Source of the DNA: Massilibacteroides sp.
Lineage (GTDB): Bacteria > Bacteroidota > Bacteroidia > Bacteroidales > Tannerellaceae
Direction of reading: 5' to 3'
DNA: 64,000 nt
NCBI GenBank assembly: GCA_028708075.1
Contig: JAQVZS010000011.1
Location: forward strand, 6,199 to 70,198
Made by a program: the position numbers and the translations under genes. The notes under the pieces are model-generated. The model worked only from the letters and a program-made list of their open reading frames with translations. It was not told where the DNA came from and searched no databases. Numbering within the stretch: position 1 is the stretch's first letter; every line of letters begins with the position of its first letter. Shown here in pieces: positions 36,978 to 47,285 of this stretch.

Positions 36978-38380
36978 TGACAAAGAATAAACTGATATTA
37001 CCTTATATCCTATCTGATTTCTTTTCGGCGACTTTTGTCTGGTTTCTTTTTAACCGATTACGCTTTCGCGAAATTGCTGTGTTTGAGGGATTCGGGACAT
37101 TAACAGATTATTTTTCTTTTTTACCCGTTTGGGCCGGGCAAATTTTAATTCCTTTCTTTTGGCTTTCGATTTATTATTTCTCAGGTTATTACAGTGAGCC
37201 GGTGGGGAAATCTCGGGTGACAGAGTTTTTCCAAACTTTTGCTTCTGTCTTGGTCGGCGTTTTAATGCTGTTTTTTTTAGTGATATTAAATGATCTTCCC
37301 CGTTCTTTTGAGGTCTATTATGCCCTTTTTTTTTATTTGTTTATCCTTCAGTTTTTGTGTACTTATTTTCTCCGTTTAGGCATTACGTTGTGTGGTATAT
37401 CAAAGATTAAGACTCGCCAATGGGCGCGGAATGTGTTAATTATCGGAACGGGGACAAAAGCCGGGAAAGTTGCCGAACAATTAGACCGTTTGGGATATGA
37501 AGTCGTCGGATTTGTGGCAGAAAAACCGGGTGGAAAAACGGTGATTAATACTGATAAATTATTAGGGACAATAGATCATGTCGCCCAATTGATTTCTCAT
37601 AACGATATTCACGAATTAATTATTGCAGCAGAGACAAGGGAAGGAGCGGATTTGTTGGCGCTTTTATACCCGCTTTACCGTTTTCGTTTGCCGGTCAAAA
37701 TGCTTGCTGAAAGTGCCAATGTTTTGTCGCGCACGAAAATTAATACCCTAATCGGAGTACCATTGGTCGATTTGACGGATAATCATGTTTCGTATGCAGG
37801 AGAAAACATAAAACATTTTTTAGATAAAGTGATTTCTATAGGAGTGCTTGTGTTTTTTTCGCCTGTTTTCGTATATTTGGCTTTTCGTGTAAAGCGGGGT
37901 TCTCCCGGTTCTATATTTTTTTCACAAGAGCGCATCGGCTATATGGGAAACCCTTTTTATATTTATAAATTCAGAACGATGTATGAGGGGGCGGAAGGGG
38001 TAGATAAACCTCAATTAGCAGATGAAAATGATAGTCGTATAACCCCTTTCGGACGTTTCATGAGAAAATACCGTCTTGACGAACTGCCACAATTTTGGAA
38101 TGTGTTGAAAGGCGATATGTCGCTTGTTGGACCGCGTCCGGAGAGAGCTTTTTTTATTAATCAGATTGTGGAGAGAGCGCCGTATTATTATTTAATGCAG
38201 AACATCCGTCCGGGCATTACTTCCTTGGGGATGGTTAAATTCGGTTATGCGCGGAATGTTGATGAAATGATCGAACGTTTGTCGTATGATATGTTGTACT
38301 ATGAAAATATGTCGTTATTGTTTGATTTGAAAATATTGGTTTATACAATCAAAACCGTTGTTACGGGTAAAGGTATTTAG
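36977..38380 (+). CDS. Polyprenyl glycosylphosphotransferase (WbaP/EpsB-like initiating sugar transferase)
   Basis: 467 aa with N-terminal TM helices, a central Rossmann-like region, and the bacterial sugar transferase domain PQFWNVLKGDMSLVGPRPE. Confidence 0.85.
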   Translation: MTKNKLILPYILSDFFSATFVWFLFNRLRFREIAVFEGFGTLTDYFSFLPVWAGQILIPFFWLSIYYFSGYYSEPVGKSRVTEFFQTFASVLVGVLMLFFLVILNDLPRSFEVYYALFFYLFILQFLCTYFLRLGITLCGISKIKTRQWARNVLIIGTGTKAGKVAEQLDRLGYEVVGFVAEKPGGKTVINTDKLLGTIDHVAQLISHNDIHELIIAAETREGADLLALLYPLYRFRLPVKMLAESANVLSRTKINTLIGVPLVDLTDNHVSYAGENIKHFLDKVISIGVLVFFSPVFVYLAFRVKRGSPGSIFFSQERIGYMGNPFYIYKFRTMYEGAEGVDKPQLADENDSRITPFGRFMRKYRLDELPQFWNVLKGDMSLVGPRPERAFFINQIVERAPYYYLMQNIRPGITSLGMVKFGYARNVDEMIERLSYDMLYYENMSLLFDLKILVYTIKTVVTGKGI

Positions 38381-38382
38381 AG

Positions 38383-40167
38383 ATGAAATGGAAGGAGTTG
38401 TTTTATAAATTTTTGCTTTGGCGTGAAAAGAATATTAAAGAGAAAAATTTTATTCTGTTCATTAGTTTTTTAGTTGGGATACTGACGGCTCTTGCGGCCA
38501 TTCTGTTGAAGAACTTAATCCATTTCATCCAGCATATCTTGATGGCAGGTATAAAAATCGATCAGACGAATTATCTGTTGTTGCTTTATCCTGTGATCGG
38601 TATCTTGCTCGCTGGTTTGTTTGTGAAATATATTGTCCGAGATGACATCAGCCATGGGGTTACAAAGATTTTGTATGCCATATCCCAGCGTAAAAGTCGC
38701 ATTAAGCAGCATAATACATGGTCTTCGTTGATCGCCAGTGCCGTAACGATCGGATTTGGTGGGTCGGTGGGAGCAGAGTCGCCTATTGTTTTGACAGGGG
38801 CTGCGATCGGCTCAAATTTGGGGCGGATGTTCAAAATGGAACAGAAAACACTGATGTTGTTAGTTGGTTGTGGTGCTGCGGGCGCTATTGCCGGCATTTT
38901 TAAAGCTCCGATTGCCGGACTTGTTTTTGTTATCGAAGTGTTGATGCTTGATTTGACAATGACATCGGTATTGCCTTTGCTTATTTCGTCAGTAACGGCA
39001 GCTACGGTTTCGTATATTTTTACGGGGACCGAAGCGATGTTTAAGTTTTCTCAAACGGAAACGTTCGAAATGTATCGTATTCCATATGTCCTTTTATTAG
39101 GCGTATTTTGCGGATTAGTCTCTCTTTATTTTACGAGAGTCATGAACAGGCTGGAGCGTAGATACCGTAAATTGGGCGTGTATTGGAAGAAGTTTCTTAT
39201 TGCCGGCGTACTGTTGAGCCTTTTGATTTTTATTTTTCCGCCTTTATATGGTGAAGGATACGATACAATAGGGTCATTATTGGGCGGCCATTTTTCGAAT
39301 ATTATGGATCTCAGCGTTTTTTATGGTTTCAAAGATAATTATTGGGGAGTAATTTTATTTCTGGGTTTGATTTTGTTAACGAAGGTGTTCGCATCGAGTG
39401 CGACGAATGCCGGAGGAGGTTGTGGCGGTATTTTTGCTCCGAGTTTGTTTTTGGGTTGTATCGCAGGTTTTATCTTTACCCATTCATCCAATTATTTTTC
39501 TTTTACAACTGTTCTGTCGGAGAAAAATTTCGCCTTGATGGGGATGGCGGGAGTCATGTCGGGTGTGATGCATGCTCCTTTGACCGGCGTATTTTTGATT
39601 GCCGAATTGACCGGAGGGTATGATCTATTTCTTCCATTGATGATTGTGTCGATCAGTTCTTATATCACGATTTTGACTTTCGAACCACATAGTATTTATT
39701 CCATGCGTTTAGCCGAAAAAGGGGAATTGTTGACACATCATAAAGACAAGGCTGTTTTGACATTACTTGATATAAACACGATTATCGAAAAAGATTTTAT
39801 TGTTGTTTCACCCGACATGACACTTGGTGATATGGTTAAGGCGATAGCTAAAAGTAGCCGGAATGTCTTTCCTGTTGTGGATGAAAAAGGGATTCTGATT
39901 GGAGTTGTGTTACTAGATAATATCCGAAATATTATGTTTCGCCCGGAATTGTACGAACGTTTCCATGTTTCTAAGTTTATGGTGTCTGCTCCGGCAAAAA
40001 TCTATACCAATATGCCGATGGAGCAGATCATGCGGACTTTTGACGATACAAAGGCTTGGAATTTACCTGTCGTTAATGAAGAAGGGCATTATATTGGCTT
40101 TTTATCGAAGTCCAAAATCTTTAATTCGTATCGTGAAGTGTTGGTAGAAAACTTTTCAGGAGATTAA
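38383..40167 (+). CDS. ClC family chloride channel/antiporter with a C-terminal CBS pair
   Basis: 594 aa with GGSVGAESP, GIFAPSLFLG and two CBS-like repeats at the C-terminus. Confidence 0.9.
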   Translation: MKWKELFYKFLLWREKNIKEKNFILFISFLVGILTALAAILLKNLIHFIQHILMAGIKIDQTNYLLLLYPVIGILLAGLFVKYIVRDDISHGVTKILYAISQRKSRIKQHNTWSSLIASAVTIGFGGSVGAESPIVLTGAAIGSNLGRMFKMEQKTLMLLVGCGAAGAIAGIFKAPIAGLVFVIEVLMLDLTMTSVLPLLISSVTAATVSYIFTGTEAMFKFSQTETFEMYRIPYVLLLGVFCGLVSLYFTRVMNRLERRYRKLGVYWKKFLIAGVLLSLLIFIFPPLYGEGYDTIGSLLGGHFSNIMDLSVFYGFKDNYWGVILFLGLILLTKVFASSATNAGGGCGGIFAPSLFLGCIAGFIFTHSSNYFSFTTVLSEKNFALMGMAGVMSGVMHAPLTGVFLIAELTGGYDLFLPLMIVSISSYITILTFEPHSIYSMRLAEKGELLTHHKDKAVLTLLDINTIIEKDFIVVSPDMTLGDMVKAIAKSSRNVFPVVDEKGILIGVVLLDNIRNIMFRPELYERFHVSKFMVSAPAKIYTNMPMEQIMRTFDDTKAWNLPVVNEEGHYIGFLSKSKIFNSYREVLVENFSGD

Positions 40168-40171
40168 ACAT

Positions 40172-41152
40172 ATGGGAAAGGAAAAAGAAGATTTGCGTAT
40201 TGTATACATGGGTACCCCGGAATTTGCAGTGGAAAGTCTGCGGGCTTTAGTCGAAAACGGATATCATGTTGTGGGCGTAGTTACCATGCCCGACAAACCT
40301 GTTGGTCGGCACATGAGTGAATTGCAAGCGAGTCCGGTGAAAAAATATGCGTTGTCTCAGGCTATTCCTGTTTTACAGCCGGAAAAATTAAAGGACGAAA
40401 TCTTTCTGACTGATTTACGGGATTTGAAAGCCGACTTGCAGATTGTGGTTGCTTTTAGGATGCTGCCAGAGGTGGTTTGGAATATGCCTCGCCTGGGTAC
40501 TTTTAATCTGCACGCTTCGTTGCTGCCTCAATATCGGGGTGCGGCTCCAATTAATTGGGCGGTTATCAACGGCGAGAAGGAGACGGGGGTGACAACTTTT
40601 TTTCTGACGCATGAAATCGATACGGGAAAGATTATTTTGCAAAAACGGGTGTCGGTTTCCGATACCGATACCGCGGGTGAGATACACGATCGTCTGATGA
40701 CGACGGGGGCTGGTTTGGTTTTGGAAACTGTCGATTTGATTTTGTCCGCGAAAATTGATGCAATCTCTCAAGAATCGCTTTATGTATCTCCTTCAGAATT
40801 AAGACCTGCACCCAAAATATTTAAAGAAACTTGCCGCATTGATTGGACTTTGCCGGCACGTGATATACATAATTTTGTGCGTGGGTTATCGCCGTATCCG
40901 GCAGCATGGACACATTTAATCTCGATGGATGGAAGCTCTCAAGTGCTTAAAATATACCGGACAACGTATACGGTGATGTCGCATAGTCTGTCGGTCGGAA
41001 CGTTACGTTTGTCCGGGAAAAACAGTCTGGATGTTGCTACAAAAGACGGATTTGTTCATTTGCATACGGTGCAAATAGCGGGTAAAAAACAAATGTCGGT
41101 CGCTGATTTTTTGAATGGATTTAAAGAGATAGAAACCATGTATTTAGGGTGA
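40172..41152 (+). CDS. fmt: Methionyl-tRNA formyltransferase
   Basis: 326 aa with FMGTPEFAV-type N-terminus and HASLLPQYRGAAPINWAVING. Confidence 0.95.
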   Translation: MGKEKEDLRIVYMGTPEFAVESLRALVENGYHVVGVVTMPDKPVGRHMSELQASPVKKYALSQAIPVLQPEKLKDEIFLTDLRDLKADLQIVVAFRMLPEVVWNMPRLGTFNLHASLLPQYRGAAPINWAVINGEKETGVTTFFLTHEIDTGKIILQKRVSVSDTDTAGEIHDRLMTTGAGLVLETVDLILSAKIDAISQESLYVSPSELRPAPKIFKETCRIDWTLPARDIHNFVRGLSPYPAAWTHLISMDGSSQVLKIYRTTYTVMSHSLSVGTLRLSGKNSLDVATKDGFVHLHTVQIAGKKQMSVADFLNGFKEIETMYLG

Positions 41153-41541
41153 TGGGGCGTACGAAAAAGCTTATTTATATCTTTATCGGCACTGTCTGTT
41201 TGGTCTTGGGTGCTATCGGTCTTTTTTTACCGCTTTTACCGACTACCCCCTTCTGGCTACTGACTTGTTGGTGTTATCTTCGTAGTTCGGAAAGATTATA
41301 TAACCGAGTGATGGCTAATCGGTATTTCGGATCGTATATGGAGGATTATATGGTGCATAAAGCCATTCCTTTGCGTGCGAAAGTTATGGCGTTAAGTATT
41401 ATGTGGCTCTCTATGTTGTTTACGTCGTTTTTGTTGATTGATCCATTATGGATTAAGCTTTGTCTTTTGCTGATCAGCATTGCAGTCACGTGGCATATTT
41501 TGTCTTTTCCAACGAAAAAAAGTGGTGATTCCGTTTTCTGA
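41152..41541 (+). CDS. DUF454 (YbaN) family inner-membrane protein
   Basis: About 129 aa with the ATG overlapping the fmt stop (TGATG), and LLPTTPFWLLTCWCY. Confidence 0.8.
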   Translation: MGRTKKLIYIFIGTVCLVLGAIGLFLPLLPTTPFWLLTCWCYLRSSERLYNRVMANRYFGSYMEDYMVHKAIPLRAKVMALSIMWLSMLFTSFLLIDPLWIKLCLLLISIAVTWHILSFPTKKSGDSVF

Positions 41542-41574
41542 ACCACCACTTCATGCAAATAGAGTATTGGGTTT

Positions 41575-42963
41575 TTATAATTTGCCTGCGGCTTTTTTGT
41601 AACGGGTGAGACTCAGGCGGAGCGCAGCTTTGGCGTTTACTTCGTCTGCACCGGCTCTTTGCCAGGAGGTCTGCGCTTCAAGATAATCGGCCAATGTTGC
41701 CATTCCCGTTTCATACATATCTTTATGCGTCTTTAAATTTTCTTCAGCTTCGGCTAAAGCTTGCCGTGTTAAGTTGGTTTCTAATGTCGCCTCATCCACT
41801 TCGTTTATGGCTTTCATAAGTTCGAGTTCCATTTTTTCGTTTGCATCAACCTGTTTCAGTTCGCTGATCTTTTGTTCTGTTCGTGCCGATCGGATTTTGT
41901 TACGTCCCTCTCCCCATTGAAAAAGCGGGATCTTGACCGACAAAACTGCAGCAAAAGAAGTGTTATCGAAGATGGGTTGGTCGTTGATTTTTATGCCATA
42001 GGTGTAATTATATATGGCTGCTACGCCGATATTCGGCAGAAATTCACTACGTGTTAATTTCATTTGCTGGTGTTTGAATTCAACTTCTTTTGCGAGCATT
42101 TCATATTCCGGTCGTTGCGTAATGGTCGACTCATATGCAATCGGTTCTTCGACATGTTCGAACGAATCCGGTAAGGATACTTCAGTATTAAGCGGTAATC
42201 CGATCACATGACAAAGGTTCATCCGTGTCAGCCGTATGGCATTTTCTGCCTTGCGCAATTGTAATTCCGCTTCGTTTAGTTTGACCTGCACTTTTAAAAC
42301 GCTATTGCGCCTCGTCATTCCGACTTCTTCTCCAGCTTGTACGTTGCGGAGCAATTCGTTCACGGTTGCTTTGTATTTCTCCGCCACTTTATGTAGTTCG
42401 AACGCCTTCACATAATTCCAGTAGGCTTCATCGGTTAAAAGAAGCACTTCACTGCGCGTCAGACGGCTATTTAGTTTGGCTATGTCCTGCCCAATACGTG
42501 CTATCCGATAGGCGGAAGTAATCTTTCCACCCATGTAGAGTGGCTGTTCTGCAATTAAACTGGCGGTATAGCTGTTACTTAATTTGATGCGGAATTCCGT
42601 GTCCGGCATGTACGCGTAGCTTTTAAAAACCGGTTTGTCGCCACTCGTTGTCAGCAAATTGGGGACAAGCGTACCGTCGGTTCCCGGAACATAAGTAGGC
42701 AGATAACCGCCGGGGATTGTCAAGCTCGAACTGGCATTGGATAGAAGATAATTCCCTGATAAGGAAAACTTCGGGAAAAAATTGGCTCGGTAAGCTTTCA
42801 TGTTTGTCGATGCTTTTTCTGTTGTTTGAGCAGAGATAGCAATTTGTTTATTATTCTCGAGCGCCATCTCGCGACATTCGTCCAGAGTCATGATCTTCTG
42901 TGCATTTCCTGGAATAGCTACGCAAGCATAAAGTATAAAGATCGAATAAAGACTTCTTTTCAT
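41575..42963 (-). CDS. TolC-family outer-membrane efflux protein
   Basis: 462 aa with a signal peptide and repeated coiled-coil/beta-barrel halves. Last gene of the RND operon, with a 4-bp overlap with the pump gene. Confidence 0.85.
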   Translation of the reverse strand: MKRSLYSIFILYACVAIPGNAQKIMTLDECREMALENNKQIAISAQTTEKASTNMKAYRANFFPKFSLSGNYLLSNASSSLTIPGGYLPTYVPGTDGTLVPNLLTTSGDKPVFKSYAYMPDTEFRIKLSNSYTASLIAEQPLYMGGKITSAYRIARIGQDIAKLNSRLTRSEVLLLTDEAYWNYVKAFELHKVAEKYKATVNELLRNVQAGEEVGMTRRNSVLKVQVKLNEAELQLRKAENAIRLTRMNLCHVIGLPLNTEVSLPDSFEHVEEPIAYESTITQRPEYEMLAKEVEFKHQQMKLTRSEFLPNIGVAAIYNYTYGIKINDQPIFDNTSFAAVLSVKIPLFQWGEGRNKIRSARTEQKISELKQVDANEKMELELMKAINEVDEATLETNLTRQALAEAEENLKTHKDMYETGMATLADYLEAQTSWQRAGADEVNAKAALRLSLTRYKKAAGKL

Positions 42964-45900
42964 TTCAATTTTATTTTAAAGAACACAGCATAAAGGATGG
43001 GAATGAAAAATAAGGTGATCAGGGTTCCGATAAACAATCCGCCCATAATGGTTACAGCTAAGGAACCGAACATGTCGTCAGGGATCAACGGAATCATTCC
43101 TAATATGGTGGTAAACGAAACAGACAATACCGAACGAAAACGGATAACCGTACTTTCTACCAATGCTTCTGCGGGAGGAACACCGGACGCAAGCTGTGTG
43201 TTGATTTCGTCCATTAATACAATTCCGTTTTTAATGATCATGCCGATAAGTCCCAATACACCGACGATAGCGACAAAGCCGAATGTCTTTCCCGAGATCA
43301 ACATACTGATAACCACACCCGTCATTAACAACGGAATGCAGCAGAATATGATCAACGGCTTCTTGTAATCTTTAAAAAGCATAATGAGTAAAGACATGAT
43401 GAGAATGATGACAAGCGGAAAATTCAGGAATAAGTATTTCATTGCCTGGTTGCTGGCTTTCCATTCTCCTTCCCATTGCAACGAATAACCGGCGGGTAAC
43501 GGAATCGCTTCTATTTCTTCGGCGATACTCTGCCTTGCTTTTTCGGTTTCCACTCCGAATACCGGATCGCATTGCGCGCGAATGGCGCGTTGACCGTTAT
43601 AGCGAACCACCACCGGATCTTCCCATTTTAGCCGTATTCCATTGGAAGCTTGGCTGAGGGGGACGGTCTGCAAGATGGAAGAGATCAATTCTTCTTCCGA
43701 AAGTGATCCGGTCATCAAGCGTTGTAAATTTTCCCGGCTTAGGAAATTGAGAGATGGAATTAATGTAAAGACCGGGGCATTGTCCAAATGTTCAATGGCG
43801 TTACCTTCTTTATCGACACTTTTCAAATAAATGGTTTCTCGGTGTATCCCGTCGTAGTATGCACCAGTTGGTATTCCGCCTGTAGAAGACAAGAGCGACA
43901 AGGCAATGTCCGTCCGGCTTAACCCGACGTTTCGTGCGATGGGTTGGTTGTAGTCAACCATCAAAACCGGAACTTTAGGTTCCCAGTCCGAAGTCACTAA
44001 AAACGTATTCGAATTCTTTTCCATAATTGCTTTCGCTCGTTTTGCCAGATCTTGCAGAACAGCTGGATCTGGCCCGTTGAACTGTACTTCAATCGGATAC
44101 TTCTTATACATGAGGTTATAGCGTTTCAGACGGATATAAGCATCCGGATATTCGGTTGACAACTCTTTTTGAAGTTTTTCAATACTGGAAACGAGCGCTT
44201 TTGAAGACACATAATCCACGATTAGTTCACCGTAGGAAAGCGACGGATCCGCGATATTTCTTACCAGATTATAACGGCTTGGCGTTCCGCCTATAGATGC
44301 GGTGACATGTTTAATATCGTCCCGCTTGAGCAGTTTATCTGTTATTTGATGTAAATCGGCCTTTACTCGCGTACTGTTGGTGCCTTCTGGTAACTTGTAT
44401 TCAATGTATAGTTGATCGTAATTCAAATCCGGAAAGAATCCCTGTGGAAGGAATCGATAACAATATGCACTTGCCGCTACCAACAAAATTGCCAGAAAAA
44501 TGGCCGTTGTTTTATGGGATAGTCCCCAACGTAAAACACGTCTGAGCGCACGATAATATTTATTGTCGAACATTTTCTGTTTTTCTTCCTTTCCTGTATC
44601 CACATGTATAAAATCATCCACCTGGATTGGTATTTGTGTTAAGGCCAGCAACCAACTAAGCAACAACGATACAGCCAGCACAATAAATAAATCGCGGATA
44701 TAAATTCCCGCAGTATCCGGTGACAGGAAAATAGACAAGAACGACAGGATCGCAATCAGAGTGGCTCCCAATAACGGAAAAGCCGTTTTCCGTCCAATGG
44801 CCGTTAATGCTTCCTGTCGGTTTTTCCCCCGTTTCATGTCGACTAATATCCCGTCGATAATCACAACGGCATTATCGACCAGAATACCCATCGCCAAAAT
44901 AAAAGAGGCCAGAGAGACGCGTTGTAACGTCCCATCCATCAAATTCAGGATAAATACGGAGCCGAAGACAGTGACGACTAGACTAACGGCCAGTATAAGA
45001 CTGCTTTTAAATCCGATAATAAAAATTAGTGTAGCGACAACGATCAGAGCAGAGATGAACAGGTTTGACATGAACGTCTGTAAGGCGTCGTTTACCCGGT
45101 CGGGCTGGAAAAAGACTTTGTTGAACGTAATGCCCGCGGGGATTCTTTCCGCTTGCAGTTTGCCTAATTCTCGTTCTACCTTTTTCCCCAGTTGCGTAAT
45201 ATCCGTTCCACTTTGAGCAGAAATAGAAAAGCCAAGTGCTTTCTGTCCGTCGTACAACATTTCGTTCCGAGCAGGCGATTCATAACCTTTTGTTACAGCA
45301 GCGATATCTTTTAGCCGGAGTTGGTCTCCCTCATGTCCTTGCAATAGCAGGTTACTGATGTCTTCCACAGAACGGTATTTATCGTTGACCGATACACGAA
45401 GACGCATATCTCCGGTTTCATAATAACCGGAATAGACCGTTTTGTTTTGTCCGTTTAACGTAGATAATACCTCCGCCGGATGAACGCCCAAATAAGCCAT
45501 TTTGTCCTGATAGAGACAAATGTTGATACATTCTTGTTGCTCTCCGTATATTTCCACTTTTGAAATGCCTTCAATGTTTTGTACCGTCCTTTTGGCTAGT
45601 TCGGCGTATTCTCCGATTTCACGATCGGAAAATCCGTCGCCCGTTATTGCATAAAACATTCCGAAAACGTCACCAAAGTCGTCTTTAACAATGGATGAAG
45701 ACGCCCCTTCCGGCAATTGAGACTGCACATCGTTTACTTTCCGACGAAGCATATCCCAGTGTTGTTCTACTTGATCGTTCGGAACAAGGGTCGACAATTC
45801 GACCGTGATTAAAGACAGGTCGCTTAACGAGCGACTGGATACATAATCGATATTGTTCATCGAACGGATATTCTTCTCCAGGATATCTGTTACCTCCATT

Positions 45901-46079
45901 TCCACTTGGTGGGGCGAAGCGCCCGGATAAGTTGTGACGATCAACGCCTCTTTGACTTTAATTTCCGGATCTTCCAGTTTACTCATGCTGCTGTACGCCA
46001 GCACGCCTCCGAGCACTAAGGCGACAATGAGAAAATAAACCAGCTTGCGGTTCTTTAATGCCCATTTCCCTAAGTCCAT
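42960..46079 (-). CDS. RND efflux transporter permease (AcrB/HAE1 type)
   Basis: 1039 aa with 12 TM segments and two large periplasmic loops. It has the typical AcrB N-terminus (ALKNRKLVYFLIVALVLGG). Confidence 0.95.
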   Translation of the reverse strand: MDLGKWALKNRKLVYFLIVALVLGGVLAYSSMSKLEDPEIKVKEALIVTTYPGASPHQVEMEVTDILEKNIRSMNNIDYVSSRSLSDLSLITVELSTLVPNDQVEQHWDMLRRKVNDVQSQLPEGASSSIVKDDFGDVFGMFYAITGDGFSDREIGEYAELAKRTVQNIEGISKVEIYGEQQECINICLYQDKMAYLGVHPAEVLSTLNGQNKTVYSGYYETGDMRLRVSVNDKYRSVEDISNLLLQGHEGDQLRLKDIAAVTKGYESPARNEMLYDGQKALGFSISAQSGTDITQLGKKVERELGKLQAERIPAGITFNKVFFQPDRVNDALQTFMSNLFISALIVVATLIFIIGFKSSLILAVSLVVTVFGSVFILNLMDGTLQRVSLASFILAMGILVDNAVVIIDGILVDMKRGKNRQEALTAIGRKTAFPLLGATLIAILSFLSIFLSPDTAGIYIRDLFIVLAVSLLLSWLLALTQIPIQVDDFIHVDTGKEEKQKMFDNKYYRALRRVLRWGLSHKTTAIFLAILLVAASAYCYRFLPQGFFPDLNYDQLYIEYKLPEGTNSTRVKADLHQITDKLLKRDDIKHVTASIGGTPSRYNLVRNIADPSLSYGELIVDYVSSKALVSSIEKLQKELSTEYPDAYIRLKRYNLMYKKYPIEVQFNGPDPAVLQDLAKRAKAIMEKNSNTFLVTSDWEPKVPVLMVDYNQPIARNVGLSRTDIALSLLSSTGGIPTGAYYDGIHRETIYLKSVDKEGNAIEHLDNAPVFTLIPSLNFLSRENLQRLMTGSLSEEELISSILQTVPLSQASNGIRLKWEDPVVVRYNGQRAIRAQCDPVFGVETEKARQSIAEEIEAIPLPAGYSLQWEGEWKASNQAMKYLFLNFPLVIILIMSLLIMLFKDYKKPLIIFCCIPLLMTGVVISMLISGKTFGFVAIVGVLGLIGMIIKNGIVLMDEINTQLASGVPPAEALVESTVIRFRSVLSVSFTTILGMIPLIPDDMFGSLAVTIMGGLFIGTLITLFFIPILYAVFFKIKLK

Positions 46080-47146
46080 TATAACAGCCCTCCTATATTT
46101 GTAGGTGATGATGAGGCGAGGGGTTTGACTTTTTCGCCTTCTTTCAGACTATGGACACCTGCTGCAACGACCATTTCCCCGGCTTCAGGCCCTTCAGAAA
46201 GAATGACCGTTCCGTTCAGTAGAATTTCCGCAATTTTGATTTTTTGCATTTTTATTTGTTGGTTTTGCGGATTGTATATCCATACGTAGGATTCGGAATT
46301 TTTTTCGAATACGGCAGAAAGAGGGATGGATACTTTTTTGTCCGACTCGTCCTGATAATAAATCGATACCATCGTTGTCATTCCAGGAGTGGGAGACGAG
46401 TGCGCCATTTGTTCTTTGAAAGCGAGACGCATGGTATATAATTGATTCATGTTTGCCTTCTGATTTATGGCAATTAATTCGAGTGGAAAAATCTGTCCTT
46501 CCAATACGTCGATTGCACAGCTATAATCTGTAAAACGCTCTTTTTTCATATAATCGGATGAAGCAATATTGATTTCAACTTCGAGTTTTCCGGCATTAAT
46601 CATTGAGAAGACTGGGTAGCCGGCGGCGATGGTTTCGTTAGGTTGAAATAATCGTTTCTGGATATATCCGTCGAAAGGCGCATAAAGTCGGGTATCGTTC
46701 AGCACTTTTTTATGTGCGTCGTATTTTGCCGTGATTTGCTTTAATCCATAAACCGCCTTCTCGTAATCATTTTTCGTTACGCTTCCTCTTTCATAAAGCG
46801 CTATGATCCGCTCGGCTTCTCCTTTTATCTGTTTATATTCGGCTTCTGTGGCGGACAACTGTATCTCGTAGTCTTTGGGATCCATTTCGGCCAATAGTTG
46901 TCCGTGACGGACATAATCTCCCGCGTTGACATACATCTTCTGGATGGTTCCGCTAACTTTAAACGACAGATTGACATCCAGCGATGCTTTTATTTTGCCC
47001 GGCAGGATGATTTCTTGTCTGTTTTTGTGCGGTAGAACATTCGTCGTTTTCACAAAAGGAATAATCTCTTTGCTTTCCTTTTTATTCGAACAAGCCCCTA
47101 AAAAGAACAGAGTAATACCTGAAATAATAACTAAAATCTTTTTCAT
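46079..47146 (-). CDS. RND efflux periplasmic adaptor (membrane fusion lipoprotein)
   Basis: The start was moved to MKKILVIISGITLFFLGACS (lipobox). It has a biotinyl-lipoyl-like hairpin architecture and overlaps the pump start by 1 bp. Confidence 0.85.
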   Translation of the reverse strand: MKKILVIISGITLFFLGACSNKKESKEIIPFVKTTNVLPHKNRQEIILPGKIKASLDVNLSFKVSGTIQKMYVNAGDYVRHGQLLAEMDPKDYEIQLSATEAEYKQIKGEAERIIALYERGSVTKNDYEKAVYGLKQITAKYDAHKKVLNDTRLYAPFDGYIQKRLFQPNETIAAGYPVFSMINAGKLEVEINIASSDYMKKERFTDYSCAIDVLEGQIFPLELIAINQKANMNQLYTMRLAFKEQMAHSSPTPGMTTMVSIYYQDESDKKVSIPLSAVFEKNSESYVWIYNPQNQQIKMQKIKIAEILLNGTVILSEGPEAGEMVVAAGVHSLKEGEKVKPLASSSPTNIGGLL

Positions 47147-47285
47147 TGCCTTTATTTTTATGCAAAAGTCTGTTTTTATTAAGTACAAAACAAGTCATAA
47201 AAATCGGAGAAATTTGCCAAAAGGTCGAATTTCTCTTGGTGGACTACCTCTTTTTCCCCATTTTTGTACAATTAACATTTGTTTT

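Noticed and set aside
47261-47280. A single degenerate box, TTTTGTACAATTAACATT, upstream of the AraC regulator gene resembles the array boxes.
   Set aside because: It is only one copy, the right half-site is broken (ACAATTAA) and there is no phasing partner. That is too weak to call a member of the element family.
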